From Escherichia coli (GTDB lineage: Bacteria; Pseudomonadota; Gammaproteobacteria; Enterobacterales; Enterobacteriaceae), in assembly GCF_050320075.1 (NCBI RefSeq), contig NZ_CP190018.1: DNA of 64,000 bases, one strand, 5' to 3'. Every line of letters begins with the position of its first letter. Positions within the stretch are counted from its first letter, which is position 1. The translations under genes and the position numbers were made by a program. The notes beneath the pieces were generated by a model that saw only the letters and a program-made list of their open reading frames with translations, made no database searches and was not told the origin of the DNA. Shown here piece after piece: positions 1 to 12,894 of this stretch.

Positions 1-306
1 GCTAAAGATGGTATCTCCTACACCTTCTCTATCGTTCCGAACGCACTGGGTAAAGACGACGAAGTTCGTAAGACCAACCTGGCTGGTCTGATGGATGGTT
101 ACTTCCACCACGAAGCATCCATCGAAGGTGGTCAGCACCTGAACGTTAACGTGATGAACCGTGAAATGCTGCTCGACGCGATGGAAAACCCGGAAAAATA
201 TCCGCAGCTGACCATCCGTGTATCTGGCTACGCAGTACGTTTCAACTCGCTGACTAAAGAACAGCAGCAGGACGTTATTACTCGTACCTTCACTCAATCT
301 ATGTAA
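1..306 (+). CDS. pflB: pyruvate formate-lyase (formate C-acetyltransferase), 3' partial
   Basis: Frame open from window start; C-terminus contains the glycyl-radical motif RVSGYAV and ends ...TRTFTQSM; followed by pflA. Confidence 0.95.
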   Translation, partial: AKDGISYTFSIVPNALGKDDEVRKTNLAGLMDGYFHHEASIEGGQHLNVNVMNREMLLDAMENPEKYPQLTIRVSGYAVRFNSLTKEQQQDVITRTFTQSM

Positions 307-497
307 TTAGATTTGACTGAAATCGTACAGTAAAAAGCGTACAATAAAGGCTCCACGAAAGTGGGGCCTTTTTTAGCACGAGAGCCTTTTTTGTCAGCTA
401 TCTATACTTTAAGGTGACTGCCAAAACAGACTCGACGTAGCCTTCGAGCTGCGCACCAACACGGCCTCAGATGGGCCACATCTGGAGAAACACCGCA

Positions 498-1238
498 ATG
501 TCAGTTATTGGTCGCATTCACTCCTTTGAATCCTGTGGAACCGTAGACGGCCCGGGTATTCGCTTTATCACCTTTTTCCAGGGCTGCCTGATGCGCTGCC
601 TGTATTGTCATAACCGCGACACCTGGGACACGCATGGCGGTAAAGAAGTTACCGTTGAAGATTTAATGAAAGAGGTGGTGACCTATCGCCACTTTATGAA
701 CGCTTCCGGCGGCGGCGTTACCGCATCCGGCGGTGAAGCAATCCTGCAAGCTGAGTTTGTTCGTGACTGGTTCCGCGCCTGCAAAAAAGAAGGCATTCAT
801 ACCTGTCTGGACACCAACGGTTTTGTTCGTCGTTACGATCCGGTGATTGATGAACTGCTGGAAGTAACCGACCTGGTAATGCTCGATCTCAAACAGATGA
901 ACGACGAGATCCACCAAAATCTGGTTGGAGTTTCAAACCACCGCACGCTGGAGTTCGCCAAATATCTGGCGAACAAAAATGTGAAGGTGTGGATCCGCTA
1001 CGTTGTTGTGCCAGGCTGGTCTGACGATGACGATTCAGCGCATCGCCTCGGTGAATTTACCCGTGATATGGGCAACGTTGAGAAAATCGAGCTTCTCCCC
1101 TACCACGAACTGGGCAAACACAAATGGGTGGCGATGGGTGAAGAATACAAACTTGATGGTGTTAAACCACCGAAGAAAGAAACCATGGAACGCGTGAAAG
1201 GCATTCTTGAGCAGTACGGTCATAAGGTAATGTTCTAA
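498..1238 (+). CDS. pflA: pyruvate formate-lyase activating enzyme (radical SAM)
   Basis: ORF 471..1238 trimmed to ATG at 498 ([23 protein letters not shown]..., 246 aa); CxxxCxxC radical-SAM motif CLMRCLYC. Confidence 0.95.
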   Translation: MSVIGRIHSFESCGTVDGPGIRFITFFQGCLMRCLYCHNRDTWDTHGGKEVTVEDLMKEVVTYRHFMNASGGGVTASGGEAILQAEFVRDWFRACKKEGIHTCLDTNGFVRRYDPVIDELLEVTDLVMLDLKQMNDEIHQNLVGVSNHRTLEFAKYLANKNVKVWIRYVVVPGWSDDDDSAHRLGEFTRDMGNVEKIELLPYHELGKHKWVAMGEEYKLDGVKPPKKETMERVKGILEQYGHKVMF

Positions 1239-1250
1239 TTTCCCCGTAAA

Positions 1251-1281
1251 GCGGCAACTTTTTTGAGTTGCCGCTTTTTTA
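1251..1281 (+). terminator. rho-independent terminator downstream of pflA
   Basis: Hairpin gcggcaact/agttgccgc followed by T6 run, 13 nt after pflA stop. Confidence 0.8.
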
Positions 1282-1447
1282 TTCCGCGCTGCATAAATAA
1301 TTCAGAGCTCTATTTCTAACGCCCTTACAGCACAGCTTCCAAATGTATTACCCAAACCGCCAGTATATGTCCTGCGGCTTGCGCGCATTTCTCGATTATG
1401 TAAAAACGGGTCAGATCTGCCAGAGTCAGCGTCACCGACCACAATAA

Positions 1448-2878
1448 TTATTTGCTATTCGCTTTACGCGCCAGCAGCGGGAATATCAGCCCTAATCCCA
1501 CCAGCACAAACGGCGTTGCAACATTCAGCGCCAACTGGAATGTCCACTCTGCGGTGAAGGCTTCCATTTTCGGGAAAATACCAGTCAGGCAGGCAAAAGC
1601 GGTAAAGGCAAAACACCAAATTCCGACGGTCATTGCCAGCGGCTTATTACGAATAAAGACATATTCCGGCTTATATTTCTGCGCCAGGCGAACAACTGCA
1701 ATAAATGCAACAAATACCCATAAATAACGCAGCGGCATCACTACCGAATTAAGGTTCAACAGCCATTTATAGAGATTGTTCATATCACCAATGCCGAGAG
1801 TCGGCAGCATTATCAGGATCGCCACCAGCACCAGGGTCAGAAAATAGCCATTAACGGGCGTACCAGAAGCGTTGGTACGACATAAACTGGCTGGAATATA
1901 TTTGCTGTCAGCATCGCCTAATAACACTTTAAGCGGCGCATCAATCGAGAATACCAGCGCAGCTACTTGTCCCAGGGTATTCGCAATGGCATAAATCACC
2001 ATTAAAGTATTACCCATGTTGTAATACTCGCCCAGCTTCTGAAAGGCGTAATACTGACCGTTAGTCATTAAGTCATCCGGGATATTACGCGAGTCAAACA
2101 TCATCCCCATCGCCAGTGAGCCCAGAATGGCACAAACCGCAACCATCACCGCAAGGCATAACATCCCTTTTGGAAATTCTTTTCCTGGGTTGCGCGTTTG
2201 ATTAACGTAAGGAGAAATCTTCTCTGCTCCGCCAACCGCGAAAACCAGCATTGAAATAGTGGTAATGTAGGTAAAGTCGATATGAGGAATGAACGTTTCC
2301 CAGGTAATGTTTGTGGTCGCAATATGCACTTCAGTAATCGCAGGCGCGGTTACCGCCATCGCCACATACAGGAGCGACATAACAAACATCGCAATCCCTG
2401 CCACAGAACCGACGATTTTCAGCGATTTCATACCGCGTGAAGCAACCCACATAAAGAAGATAAACAGCACCAGCGTTAACCCCTGTAACGCTACGACTGA
2501 ATATTCTTTGATTAACGAACCGTCGCCTTTCATCGCCCAACCGAGCGCAATCAGTATTGCCTGGGGTTTTTGTGCCAGATAGGGAATATGCACTACCCAG
2601 TAGGTCCACGCGGCGAGGTAAGCCAGTCCGGGTCCCATCGTGTGTTTAATCCAGGTACTGACCCCGCCCTTCCCATCTTTGAAGGTCGAGCCTAACTGAC
2701 CAACAATTAGCGCATAAGGTGTGAAATAGAGCGCAAAGATAAACACCCATGAAAAAACAACCACCAGCCCCTGGTTGGCGTAGTTATTAACAACGTTGCC
2801 AAAACCCCAGACAGTGATAAAAGACATCAGCGCAATGTTGTACCATCGCAGCTGTTTTTCCTGAACATTCCCAGCCAT
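1448..2878 (-). CDS. ycaM: APC-family amino-acid transporter (putative)
   Basis: ORF 1448..3070 trimmed to ATG at 2878 (MAGNVQEKQLRWYN..., 476 aa); multi-pass hydrophobic protein. Confidence 0.85.
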   Translation of the reverse strand: MAGNVQEKQLRWYNIALMSFITVWGFGNVVNNYANQGLVVVFSWVFIFALYFTPYALIVGQLGSTFKDGKGGVSTWIKHTMGPGLAYLAAWTYWVVHIPYLAQKPQAILIALGWAMKGDGSLIKEYSVVALQGLTLVLFIFFMWVASRGMKSLKIVGSVAGIAMFVMSLLYVAMAVTAPAITEVHIATTNITWETFIPHIDFTYITTISMLVFAVGGAEKISPYVNQTRNPGKEFPKGMLCLAVMVAVCAILGSLAMGMMFDSRNIPDDLMTNGQYYAFQKLGEYYNMGNTLMVIYAIANTLGQVAALVFSIDAPLKVLLGDADSKYIPASLCRTNASGTPVNGYFLTLVLVAILIMLPTLGIGDMNNLYKWLLNLNSVVMPLRYLWVFVAFIAVVRLAQKYKPEYVFIRNKPLAMTVGIWCFAFTAFACLTGIFPKMEAFTAEWTFQLALNVATPFVLVGLGLIFPLLARKANSK

Positions 2879-3087
2879 AGACAAATCCTTCGCCAAAATT
2901 AAAGGGGCATCTGTAAAACGAGGGATTATGCGCGGCAAATAAGAAGTGCGGAAATAGCGAAATGCAAAATTATAACCTGCTGCACATTTTATTTTTAAAC
3001 GAATAAAATTTGGAATAAAGCAAGTCAGATAGAAGAAACAAAAAAGCAGAGTGTGAAACAGTAAGTTCACACTCTGCTTGAATTCAT

Positions 3088-4236
3088 TTACACGTGAGCA
3101 ACGGGTTTCGGCGTATGACCGGCGTTGCGAAGCAGCATCAGCAAATAGATAAACGATACGCTGGCGATCATGATAAACAATAAATTATCGGAGAAATTCT
3201 GCATTAGCATAGCGGTAAATGACGGGCCAAGCAGACTTCCCACGGTATAGCTCAACAGTAAGGCCTGGTTCATCGCCACCAGTTGATGATGTTCAACTTT
3301 CTCGCAAGCCCAGGCCATCGCCACCGGATATAGCGTAAAGCCAGCGGCACCGAGGATGAATAACGCTGGGGCCATCGCCGCCTGGCTAAGCATCGCGATA
3401 CTGCCGAGAATGACGACAAAGACCTGAACACGCAACACCAGCAGTCGACCAAACTTATCCGCCAGACGTCCAATCGGCCATTGTCCAAGGATACCCGCAC
3501 TGACCAGTACCGCCATCCAGAAACCAATGCTGGCATTGCTCACCCCTTTGTGATTGAGGTACAGCGGCATCAGGCCATATAGAGATCCCAGAACGATTCC
3601 TGAGATAATGCAGCCATTCACGCCAAGCCGCGCCTGACGGAGTTTTAGCATTGACGTAATTGACGTCGAATCATGGTTTTCAGCCTGCTGATTCAGCACA
3701 CGCGTAAACAACAGCGGTAAGATCCCTGCCAACGTCAAACCTGTAACCCACGGCAATACGGACATCAGCTCGGTTGAAACTTTGCTGACCAGTAACTGGC
3801 CTAAAAACGTTCCCACGTAATAAACCATCATATACGCAGCAAGCAAACGCCCACGGTTACGTGACGTCCCACTGCACATCAGCGCGCTCTCAACAACCAC
3901 CCAAATCATGGCACAGCCGACGCCGGCGACAAAACGCCAAGCCAACCAGCTCCAGAATCCAATCATCAGGCCAAGGCCGGCACAGCCAGCGGCAAAAATG
4001 AAGGAGGCCAGATAATAGCTGCGGTTAAAGCCAATGCGCTTAATGACATACCCTGTCAGCAATGTACCGACCAGGTTGCCGGTAAAATAGGATGAGCTGA
4101 CAACGCCTACCTGCCATGTGGACATGTGTTCCTGGGCGAGCCAAAGCGGCACGAGTGTATTTAACACTGCGATCGCCAGAGTCAACAAAAGCAGGCCAGA
4201 CAGCAAAAGCATGACAGGCCGGGTATACGTGGACAT
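3088..4236 (-). CDS. ycaD: MFS-family transporter
   Basis: 382-aa ORF, 12-TM-like hydrophobic profile, matches recalled YcaD. Confidence 0.85.
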   Translation of the reverse strand: MSTYTRPVMLLLSGLLLLTLAIAVLNTLVPLWLAQEHMSTWQVGVVSSSYFTGNLVGTLLTGYVIKRIGFNRSYYLASFIFAAGCAGLGLMIGFWSWLAWRFVAGVGCAMIWVVVESALMCSGTSRNRGRLLAAYMMVYYVGTFLGQLLVSKVSTELMSVLPWVTGLTLAGILPLLFTRVLNQQAENHDSTSITSMLKLRQARLGVNGCIISGIVLGSLYGLMPLYLNHKGVSNASIGFWMAVLVSAGILGQWPIGRLADKFGRLLVLRVQVFVVILGSIAMLSQAAMAPALFILGAAGFTLYPVAMAWACEKVEHHQLVAMNQALLLSYTVGSLLGPSFTAMLMQNFSDNLLFIMIASVSFIYLLMLLRNAGHTPKPVAHV

Positions 4237-4550
4237 GAATTAAAACCGTGAGGAAGTTCAAATTTCATGCGCATCATGCCACCGCCAAAAACATTGTCAA
4301 TGGGTGAAAATACGCGCATATCGCAGCGGAGGTATTATCGATTTATATTACTCATTCATAACGCTAATGCTGGAGAGACGATTAATCTCATCTGATTGTT
4401 TTTATTGATCTAACACAAATTTCATACGCTTCGTTCAGTCGAAAAATTTCATGGTCACAGCAAACTCATATTTCCCGTCTATGCTTTCAGAGCAATGCAT
4501 CGCGTCTGACCGATTTCAGACGTACCACTGACTCTCGAAAGGAGAAGAGG

Positions 4551-5177
4551 ATGACCAAACCGTATGTTCGTCTTGATAAAAATGATGCTGCCGTTTTGCT
4601 TGTTGATCACCAGGCTGGTTTACTTTCCCTTGTACGGGATATCGAACCCGATAAGTTTAAAAATAACGTGCTGGCGCTGGGTGACCTGGCTAAGTATTTC
4701 AACTTACCAACTATTCTTACCACCAGTTTTGAAACCGGTCCTAACGGCCCATTAGTTCCAGAACTGAAAGCACAATTCCCCGATGCACCTTACATTGCTC
4801 GCCCGGGCAATATTAACGCCTGGGATAACGAAGATTTTGTAAAAGCAGTCAAAGCGACAGGTAAAAAACAGTTAATTATTGCCGGTGTGGTAACCGAAGT
4901 TTGCGTGGCATTCCCGGCGCTTTCAGCCATTGAAGAAGGGTTTGACGTCTTTGTCGTGACTGACGCGTCAGGGACCTTTAATGAAATTACCCGGCATTCG
5001 GCGTGGGATCGCATGTCGCAAGCTGGTGCGCAATTGATGACATGGTTCGGCGTGGCTTGCGAGCTGCATCGCGACTGGCGTAATGATATTGAAGGACTGG
5101 CGACGTTGTTCTCTAACCATATTCCTGATTATCGTAATTTGATGACCAGTTATGACACGTTAACGAAGCAGAAATAA
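4551..5177 (+). CDS. ycaC: isochorismatase-family hydrolase
   Basis: 208-aa ORF MTKPYVRLDKNDAAVLLVDHQAG...; catalytic Cys in VVTEVCVAFP. Confidence 0.88.
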   Translation: MTKPYVRLDKNDAAVLLVDHQAGLLSLVRDIEPDKFKNNVLALGDLAKYFNLPTILTTSFETGPNGPLVPELKAQFPDAPYIARPGNINAWDNEDFVKAVKATGKKQLIIAGVVTEVCVAFPALSAIEEGFDVFVVTDASGTFNEITRHSAWDRMSQAGAQLMTWFGVACELHRDWRNDIEGLATLFSNHIPDYRNLMTSYDTLTKQK

Positions 5178-5211
5178 AAGAGAACCGGGGCCGAAACCCC
5201 GGTTGTTATGA

Positions 5212-6075
5212 TTAGCTTGCGACGGCCATCCCCACGGTCATATGCAAACCATAGAATACGCCACGACCGATTAATTCCCCTGCCAGAAGCAGAATGAATG
5301 ATACGGAAAGTAGCGGAACCGCAGGCTGATAACCTTTTAGCTGTGGTGCAATCCACAAGCACAGGGCAACAGCCAAAAGCACGATCCGCCAGGACATCAG
5401 CGCACCATAGTCCGGCACCAGCGCTGCGGCCTGCTGCACAGAGCTATGAATAGTCGCCAGCTCTGCGCCCTGCATCACTGACACCACGCCACTCACTACC
5501 AGGGCCAGTACAGAAATGGCTGGCAGCAGACGCATCGCCCAGCCATCGACGCCAGCCAGACTCAGCAACAGGTAACCCAGTAACGGGCCGCCCATAAACA
5601 TCGTCAGGAAGAAGCCCATCGGCGTCCAGATGCTGTACCAGGTCGGAACGGTATCAATGCTGTTATACACACGCACCATCATCCAGACAAAGATGACGCC
5701 AAGAACCATCGTCACTATCAGCCAGAGCGTACGCAATGCCGGTGACAGCTTTTTCAGCATTGCCAGCAACCAGCCGATGCCACCAACAGCAAAAAAGATC
5801 GAACCGCTGGCGATTTCGTTACTGAGTGCTGAAGCCCCTACCCGGTTGAGCGAGTTAAAGGCGCGCATCGGTGAACCAAGATGAAGCATAGAGGCGATAA
5901 AGCCAATGCCCATCAGCACCCATAAACCAAACATGCAGGCAATAACACGCTGCTGGGCTTCTGCTCGCAGGTCGCCTTTGAGCAGCGCCAAAGCCAGAAC
6001 GATAAAACCACCCGCTACACATTGCCCGAAGACCGTGAAGATCATCAGCGGCCATTCATGCCATCCACTTCCCAT
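5212..6075 (-). CDS. dmsC: DMSO reductase membrane anchor subunit
   Basis: ORF 5212..6138 trimmed to ATG at 6075 (MGSGWHEWPLMIFTVFGQ..., 287 aa); start abuts dmsB stop. Confidence 0.92.
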   Translation of the reverse strand: MGSGWHEWPLMIFTVFGQCVAGGFIVLALALLKGDLRAEAQQRVIACMFGLWVLMGIGFIASMLHLGSPMRAFNSLNRVGASALSNEIASGSIFFAVGGIGWLLAMLKKLSPALRTLWLIVTMVLGVIFVWMMVRVYNSIDTVPTWYSIWTPMGFFLTMFMGGPLLGYLLLSLAGVDGWAMRLLPAISVLALVVSGVVSVMQGAELATIHSSVQQAAALVPDYGALMSWRIVLLAVALCLWIAPQLKGYQPAVPLLSVSFILLLAGELIGRGVFYGLHMTVGMAVAS

Positions 6076-6076
6076 C

Positions 6077-6694
6077 TCACACCTCCTTCGGGTTTGCCAG
6101 ATAGCCAGTGGTATCCCCGGTCGGGCGGCTGTTGGCATTGGGTTTGATCACAATATTCGGTTTGGTAAAGTGAGCTCGCGGCAACGGCGCAACGGCCGCC
6201 AGATCGCCATGTTTTTTACGCAGCTCGTCGATAGGGCCGAAATCCAGCGCCCGCAGCGGGCAAGATTCAACACAGATCGGCTTTTTCCCCTCCGCAACAC
6301 GGTCATAACAACCATCGCATTTGGTCATATGGCCTTTCGTTTCGTTATATTGCGGTGCGCCATACGGGCAAGCCATATGGCAGTAGCGGCAGCCAATGCA
6401 CACATCTTCATCGACTACAACAAAACCATCTTCACGTTTATGCATCGCACCACTCGGGCAGACTTTAGTACAAGCCGGATCTTCGCAGTGGTTGCACGAA
6501 ATCGACAGATAGTAGGCAAACACGTTCTGGTGCCAGACACCGTTATCTTCCTGCCAGTCGCCACCAGCATATTCATAAATGCGGCGGAAGCTGACTTCCG
6601 GCGTCAGATCTTTATAGTCTTTACAGGCCAGCTCGCAGGTTTTGCAACCGGTGCAACGGCTGGAATCAATAAAAAATCCATACTGGGTTGTCAT
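6077..6694 (-). CDS. dmsB: DMSO reductase iron-sulfur subunit
   Basis: 205-aa ORF with four Cys clusters (CTGCKTCELAC, CNHCEDPACTKVCP, CIGCRYCHMACP, CDGC...CVESCP). Confidence 0.95.
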   Translation of the reverse strand: MTTQYGFFIDSSRCTGCKTCELACKDYKDLTPEVSFRRIYEYAGGDWQEDNGVWHQNVFAYYLSISCNHCEDPACTKVCPSGAMHKREDGFVVVDEDVCIGCRYCHMACPYGAPQYNETKGHMTKCDGCYDRVAEGKKPICVESCPLRALDFGPIDELRKKHGDLAAVAPLPRAHFTKPNIVIKPNANSRPTGDTTGYLANPKEV

Positions 6695-6704
6695 CGGTTA
6701 CTCC

Positions 6705-9149
6705 TTACACCTTTTCAACCTGAACAAGGTTTGTATGTGACGGATTCCCCTTAGCGAGAGGAGACGGACGTTGAGTGGTCAGTACGTTGATACAACCTCC
6801 CTTATCGACACGTTTTGCATCCGGGTCATACCAGGCACCTTCACCCAGTGCGACCACACCCGGCATCATTCGTGGCGTCACTTTCGCCTCAATATGAACC
6901 TCACCACGATCGTTAAAGATCCTGACTTTATCGCCGTTGTTGATACCGCGTTTTTGGGCATCAAGCGGGTTGATCCACATTTCCTGACGGCAAGCCGCTT
7001 TCAGCACATCAACGTTGCCGTAAGTTGAGTGAACGCGAGATTTGTAGTGGAAGCCAGTAAGCTGCAGCGGATATTGTTTGTTCAGCGGATCCTGATAACT
7101 TTCAAAGCCCGGCGTATAGATCGGCAGTGGATCGATCACATCGCCTTCTGGCAATTCCCAGGTCGCGGCAATGTCAGCCAGCGCCTGCGAATAAATCTCA
7201 ATTTTACCCGATGGCGTGGTCAGTGGATTTGCCTGAGGATCTTCACGGAAAGCTTTATAAGCAACGTGGTGCCCTTGTGGGTCGCGCTTTTTAAAGATCC
7301 CCTGCTTGCGGAACTCTTCAAACGTTGGCAGTTCAGGAATCGCTTCCCGCGACTGGGCATACAGATGCCGCATCCACTCTTCCTGTGTACGGCCTTCAGT
7401 AAACTGTTGCTCAACGCCAAGACGTTTTGCCAGTTCGCTGGTCATTTCATAGATGGTCTTACATTCAAAGCGCGGTTTAATCACCTGATCGTTGAAAATC
7501 ACGTAAGACATATTCCCGCAGGATGCATCCAGTGCAAAGTCCATCTGTTCGGAAGCGGTGCAGTCAGGCAGCAGGATGTCAGCATATTTCGCTGATGAGG
7601 TCATGTGGCAGTCGATAACCACAATCAGCTCGCACTTCTTATCATCCTGAAGGATTTCATGGGTACGGTTGATTTCAGAATGCTGGTTAATCAGGCAGTT
7701 ACCGGCATAGTTCCAGATCATTTTGATCGGCACATCCAGCTTATCTTTCCCGCGCACACCATCACGCAGCGCTGTCATTTCCGGGCCACGTTCAATGGCA
7801 TCGGTCCACATAAACATAGAAATGCTGGTCTGGATCGGGTTTTCGAGGGTCGGCATACGCACAAACGGTAAGCTGTATGAACCTTCACGCGCGCCGCTGT
7901 TCCCTCCATTAATACCAACGTTACCGGTCAGAATCGCCAGCATCGAGATAGCACGGGTTGCGATTTCACCGTTAGCGTGACGCTGCGGGCCCCATCCCTG
8001 GCTGATAAACGCCGGTTTGGTACTACCGATTTCACGAGCCAATTTGATGATTTTGTCTGCCGGAACACCGGTGATTTGCGAGGCCCATTCCGGCGTTTTA
8101 GCTACGCCATCTGGCCCTTCACCCAGAATATAAGCTTTATAGTGACCATTTTTCGGCGCACTGGCAGGCAGTGTTTTCTCGTCGTAGCCAACGCAATATT
8201 TATCGAGGAATGCCTGATCCACCAGGTTTTCGGTGATCATGACATACGCCAGACCGTTAACCAGTGCGGCATCTGTTCCCGGACGAATAGGGATCCACTC
8301 ATCTTCGCGCCCGGCTCCGGTGTCGGTATAGCGCGGATCGATGATGATCATGCGAGCATTAGATTTCTGACGCGCCTGTTCAAGATAGTAAGTCACCCCA
8401 CCGCCACTCATTCGCGTTTCGCCAGGGTTATTACCAAACAGCACTACCAGTTTACTGTTTTCGATATCCGACGGGCTGTTACCATCTGCCCAGCCGCCGT
8501 AGGTATAGTTCAAACCTTCCGCAATTTGCGCGGAAGAGTAGTCACCGTAATGGTTCAGATAACCGCCGCAGCAGTTCATCAGGCGAGCGACCAGGGTATT
8601 TCCCGGCGGCCAGGAGCGGGTCATGGTGCCACCCAGCGTACCGGTGCCATAGTTCAGATAGATGGATTCGTTGCCGTACTCTTTGATCAGGCGCTGCATA
8701 TTGGTCGCGATGATGTCGTAGGCTTCTTCCCAGCTAATGCGCTCGAATTTGCCTTCACCGCGCGCTCCGACTCGTTTCATCGGATATTTCAGGCGGTCCG
8801 GATTGTAGACACGGCGACGCATGGAACGACCACGCAGACAGGCGCGCACCTGGTGCAGGCCGTCATAGTTGTCATCGCCAGTATTATCCGTTTCAACATA
8901 TTTGATTTCACCGTCCACGACGTGCATACGTAGCGGGCAGCGACTACCACAGTTAACTGTACAGGCGCTCCAGATAACCTTTTCGTCTGATTTTGTTGGA
9001 ATGGCGCTATTGACAGCGTGCGCAATCCGACTAAAAGGTAATGTTAACGCGCTGCTGGCCATTGCCAGGCCGCCGATCGCTGTCGTTTTTACCAAACCAC
9101 GGCGACTCACCTCAGCAGCCAATACCGCATCAGGGATTTTCGTTTTCAT
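6705..9149 (-). CDS. dmsA: DMSO reductase catalytic (molybdopterin) subunit
   Basis: 814-aa ORF with N-terminal twin-arginine signal (SRRGLVK); operon dmsABC. Confidence 0.95.
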   Translation of the reverse strand: MKTKIPDAVLAAEVSRRGLVKTTAIGGLAMASSALTLPFSRIAHAVNSAIPTKSDEKVIWSACTVNCGSRCPLRMHVVDGEIKYVETDNTGDDNYDGLHQVRACLRGRSMRRRVYNPDRLKYPMKRVGARGEGKFERISWEEAYDIIATNMQRLIKEYGNESIYLNYGTGTLGGTMTRSWPPGNTLVARLMNCCGGYLNHYGDYSSAQIAEGLNYTYGGWADGNSPSDIENSKLVVLFGNNPGETRMSGGGVTYYLEQARQKSNARMIIIDPRYTDTGAGREDEWIPIRPGTDAALVNGLAYVMITENLVDQAFLDKYCVGYDEKTLPASAPKNGHYKAYILGEGPDGVAKTPEWASQITGVPADKIIKLAREIGSTKPAFISQGWGPQRHANGEIATRAISMLAILTGNVGINGGNSGAREGSYSLPFVRMPTLENPIQTSISMFMWTDAIERGPEMTALRDGVRGKDKLDVPIKMIWNYAGNCLINQHSEINRTHEILQDDKKCELIVVIDCHMTSSAKYADILLPDCTASEQMDFALDASCGNMSYVIFNDQVIKPRFECKTIYEMTSELAKRLGVEQQFTEGRTQEEWMRHLYAQSREAIPELPTFEEFRKQGIFKKRDPQGHHVAYKAFREDPQANPLTTPSGKIEIYSQALADIAATWELPEGDVIDPLPIYTPGFESYQDPLNKQYPLQLTGFHYKSRVHSTYGNVDVLKAACRQEMWINPLDAQKRGINNGDKVRIFNDRGEVHIEAKVTPRMMPGVVALGEGAWYDPDAKRVDKGGCINVLTTQRPSPLAKGNPSHTNLVQVEKV

Positions 9150-9387
9150 AATGGCTCACTCAAGCTTGCTCACGATTGATTCCAGTAACAAACCGTATTG
9201 TGTAATTATTTCTATAGCAGGTCGCTATATAGGCTTGTATACATCGAATAATTTGAAAATCAAAGAGATAGGTAGATTTTCACTCGAAAGTAGTATTACG
9301 TGTAAGTGAGGAGTAATTATTGTTCGGTATCAAAGGGAGACAAAAAAAGCGCCCGCAGGCGCTTTTTAGATTCAGAAAAATTGGGTA

Positions 9388-10701
<1,314 letters not shown>

Positions 10702-10770
10702 TTAAATGGGAGATGTGGCCACAGCCTGCGACCACAGGGATACAGTAACAACATTACCGCAACGATAACA

Positions 10771-12114
10771 TTAACGGTAGCGTTTTATGGGGCTATTTTG
10801 ATCCTGTTCAGCCAGCCAGGCGAGCTTTTCGCCAATCTTGCCTTCAAGGCCCCTGTTTGTCGGGAAATAATAGCGTGTTTGTGCTATTTCCGGCGGGAAG
10901 TAAACCTCACCGGCAGCATAAGCGTTTGCTTCATCATGAGCGTAACGATATTCCTGCCCGTAGCCCATTTCCTTCATTAATTTCGTCGGCGCATTACGCA
11001 AATGAACCGGCACGTCATAATCCGGACGTTCGCGAGCATCCGCCAGCGCGGCTTTAAACGCAGTGTAGACAGCGTTGCTTTTTGGCGCGCAGGCCAGGTA
11101 AACAATCGCCTGAGCAATGGCGCGTTCTCCTTCCGCCGGGCCAACTCGGGTAAAGCAATCCCAGGCCGCAATTGCCACCTGCATCGCTCGTGGATCAGCA
11201 TTACCCACATCTTCCGACGCTATCGCCAGACAGCGACGCGCGACATATAACGGATCGCCACCGGCAGTAATAATTCGCGCATACCAGTACAGCGCCGCAT
11301 CGGGTGCGCTACCACGTACCGACTTATGCAGTGCGGAAATGAGATCGTAAAAGCGATCGCCTTTGTTATCAAAGCGGGCGCTACGTTCACCGGCGATTTC
11401 AGTCAGTAATTCAGGCTTCAGGACCCGCTTACCGCTATCATCGACTTCGGCCATATCCGCCATCATTTCCAGCGTATTTAACGCCCGGCGCGCGTCGCCA
11501 TTCACCAGTTCAGCAATGGCGCGTCGCGTTTCATCTGGCAGAACTATATCCTGACCACCATAGCCACGGGTTTTGTCTTCCATCGCCTGAGTAAGCACCT
11601 GCTCAATATCCTCTGTACTCAGGGATTTCAGCAGATAGACACGGGCACGGGAAAGCAGTGCCGAGTTAAGTTCAAACGACGGGTTTTCAGTGGTTGCGCC
11701 AATAAAAGTGATGGTGCCGTCTTCAATATGTGGCAGAAATGCATCCTGCTGGCTTTTGTTGAATCGGTGAACTTCGTCAACAAAAAGAATAGTGCGGCGA
11801 CCAGCATTGCGGTTTTGCCGAGCGCGCTCGATCGCCTCGCGAATCTCTTTCACGCCAGAAGTAACGGCAGAAATACGTTCCACATCAGCGTTCGCATAGC
11901 GGGCAATCACTTCAGCGAGGGTTGTTTTGCCGGTACCCGGTGGCCCCCAGAGGATCATAGAATGCAAATGCCCGGCTTCGATAGCACGCGGCAACGGCTT
12001 CCCCGCAGCCAACAAATGTTGCTGGCCGATATACTGTGCTAAATTTTCTGGCCGCATACGCGCGGCCAGAGGTTGAAAAGTATTATCCGAAAAATCGAGC
12101 GACAGATTGCTCAC
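10771..12114 (-). CDS. rarA: recombination-associated AAA+ ATPase RarA/MgsA
   Basis: 447-aa ORF with Walker [10 protein letters not shown]. Confidence 0.93.
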
Positions 12115-12124
12115 TCAGGTGCCT

Positions 12125-12736
12125 CTACTTACGTTGATCATCTACCGTTACGCCTTGCGGCGGGGTGAAGGTAAATTTCGCTGCATCCACAGTCCCATTT
12201 TGCTGGGATTTCAGCTGATAACTGCTGCGCTGATCGTCCTGCTCCACCGCGCTAAACTGATGGATTGTGCCATCACGTCCCACGTTAATGGTGAACTGCT
12301 TCAGATTGCCATTGCTGGCTTTCGGCGTCAGGACAAAGTCATCGCCATTCTGTTTGATATTGTACTGCTGCCAGTCGCTGGACTGGTTGCGGGCAATCAG
12401 CATAAACGGCGTATTACCGGTGGCATCTTTCAGCCAGGTTGCCGTAGCTTGCTCAACGAACGGGTTATAGAACCACAGTGTTTTACCGTCCGAAACCAGA
12501 ATGCTTTCATCAGGTTGAGTCATATGCCAGTTGAATAAGTTTGGACGTTTCACCCACAGATCGCCCTGGCCTTCCTGCACCGCCGCGCCGCTACCGTCAG
12601 TCACTTTTTGTGTGAAGCTGGCGTGGAAGCTGCTGACTTTATCCAGGCGGCTTTTAAGATCGCTTGCGGCATCAGCCCAAACGCTGCTTGCTACTAAGCT
12701 TGAGAGTAATGCACAGGTGATGGCAATTTTTTTCAT
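12125..12736 (-). CDS. lolA: outer-membrane lipoprotein carrier protein
   Basis: ORF 12125..12739 trimmed to second ATG ([21 protein letters not shown]..., 203 aa) with signal peptide. Confidence 0.93.
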   Translation of the reverse strand: MKKIAITCALLSSLVASSVWADAASDLKSRLDKVSSFHASFTQKVTDGSGAAVQEGQGDLWVKRPNLFNWHMTQPDESILVSDGKTLWFYNPFVEQATATWLKDATGNTPFMLIARNQSSDWQQYNIKQNGDDFVLTPKASNGNLKQFTINVGRDGTIHQFSAVEQDDQRSSYQLKSQQNGTVDAAKFTFTPPQGVTVDDQRK

Positions 12737-12848
12737 CATTATTCCTCAAATTACGTCACTCCCGATCGGGAGTTCCCTCTACTCTCTATTCCAGGCTAAT
12801 AATCAGCTTGAGGAAAGAAGAAAATACTGAATTTTCAGTTGTTAGAGT

Positions 12849-12884
12849 GCCGGATGCGACGCTACCGAGCCTTATCCGGCCTAC
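12849..12884. repeat. REP (repetitive extragenic palindromic) element
   Basis: gccggatgcgacgct...gccttatccggcctac between ftsK stop and lolA start; matches canonical E. coli REP. Confidence 0.75.
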
Positions 12885-12894
12885 GATGCATTAA

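Noticed and set aside
5906-6754. 282-aa plus-strand ORF
   Set aside because: It lies entirely antisense to dmsB/dmsC; a shadow ORF within a well-supported operon.
7977-8933. 318-aa plus-strand ORF
   Set aside because: Antisense to dmsA, with Arg/His-rich, GC-driven shadow-ORF composition.
9252-9264. FNR site for the dmsA promoter (tttgaaaatcaaa)
   Set aside because: Only one half-site (TTGAT on the minus strand) fits; I could not place a full TTGAT-N4-ATCAA site by eye, so it is not reported as a feature.
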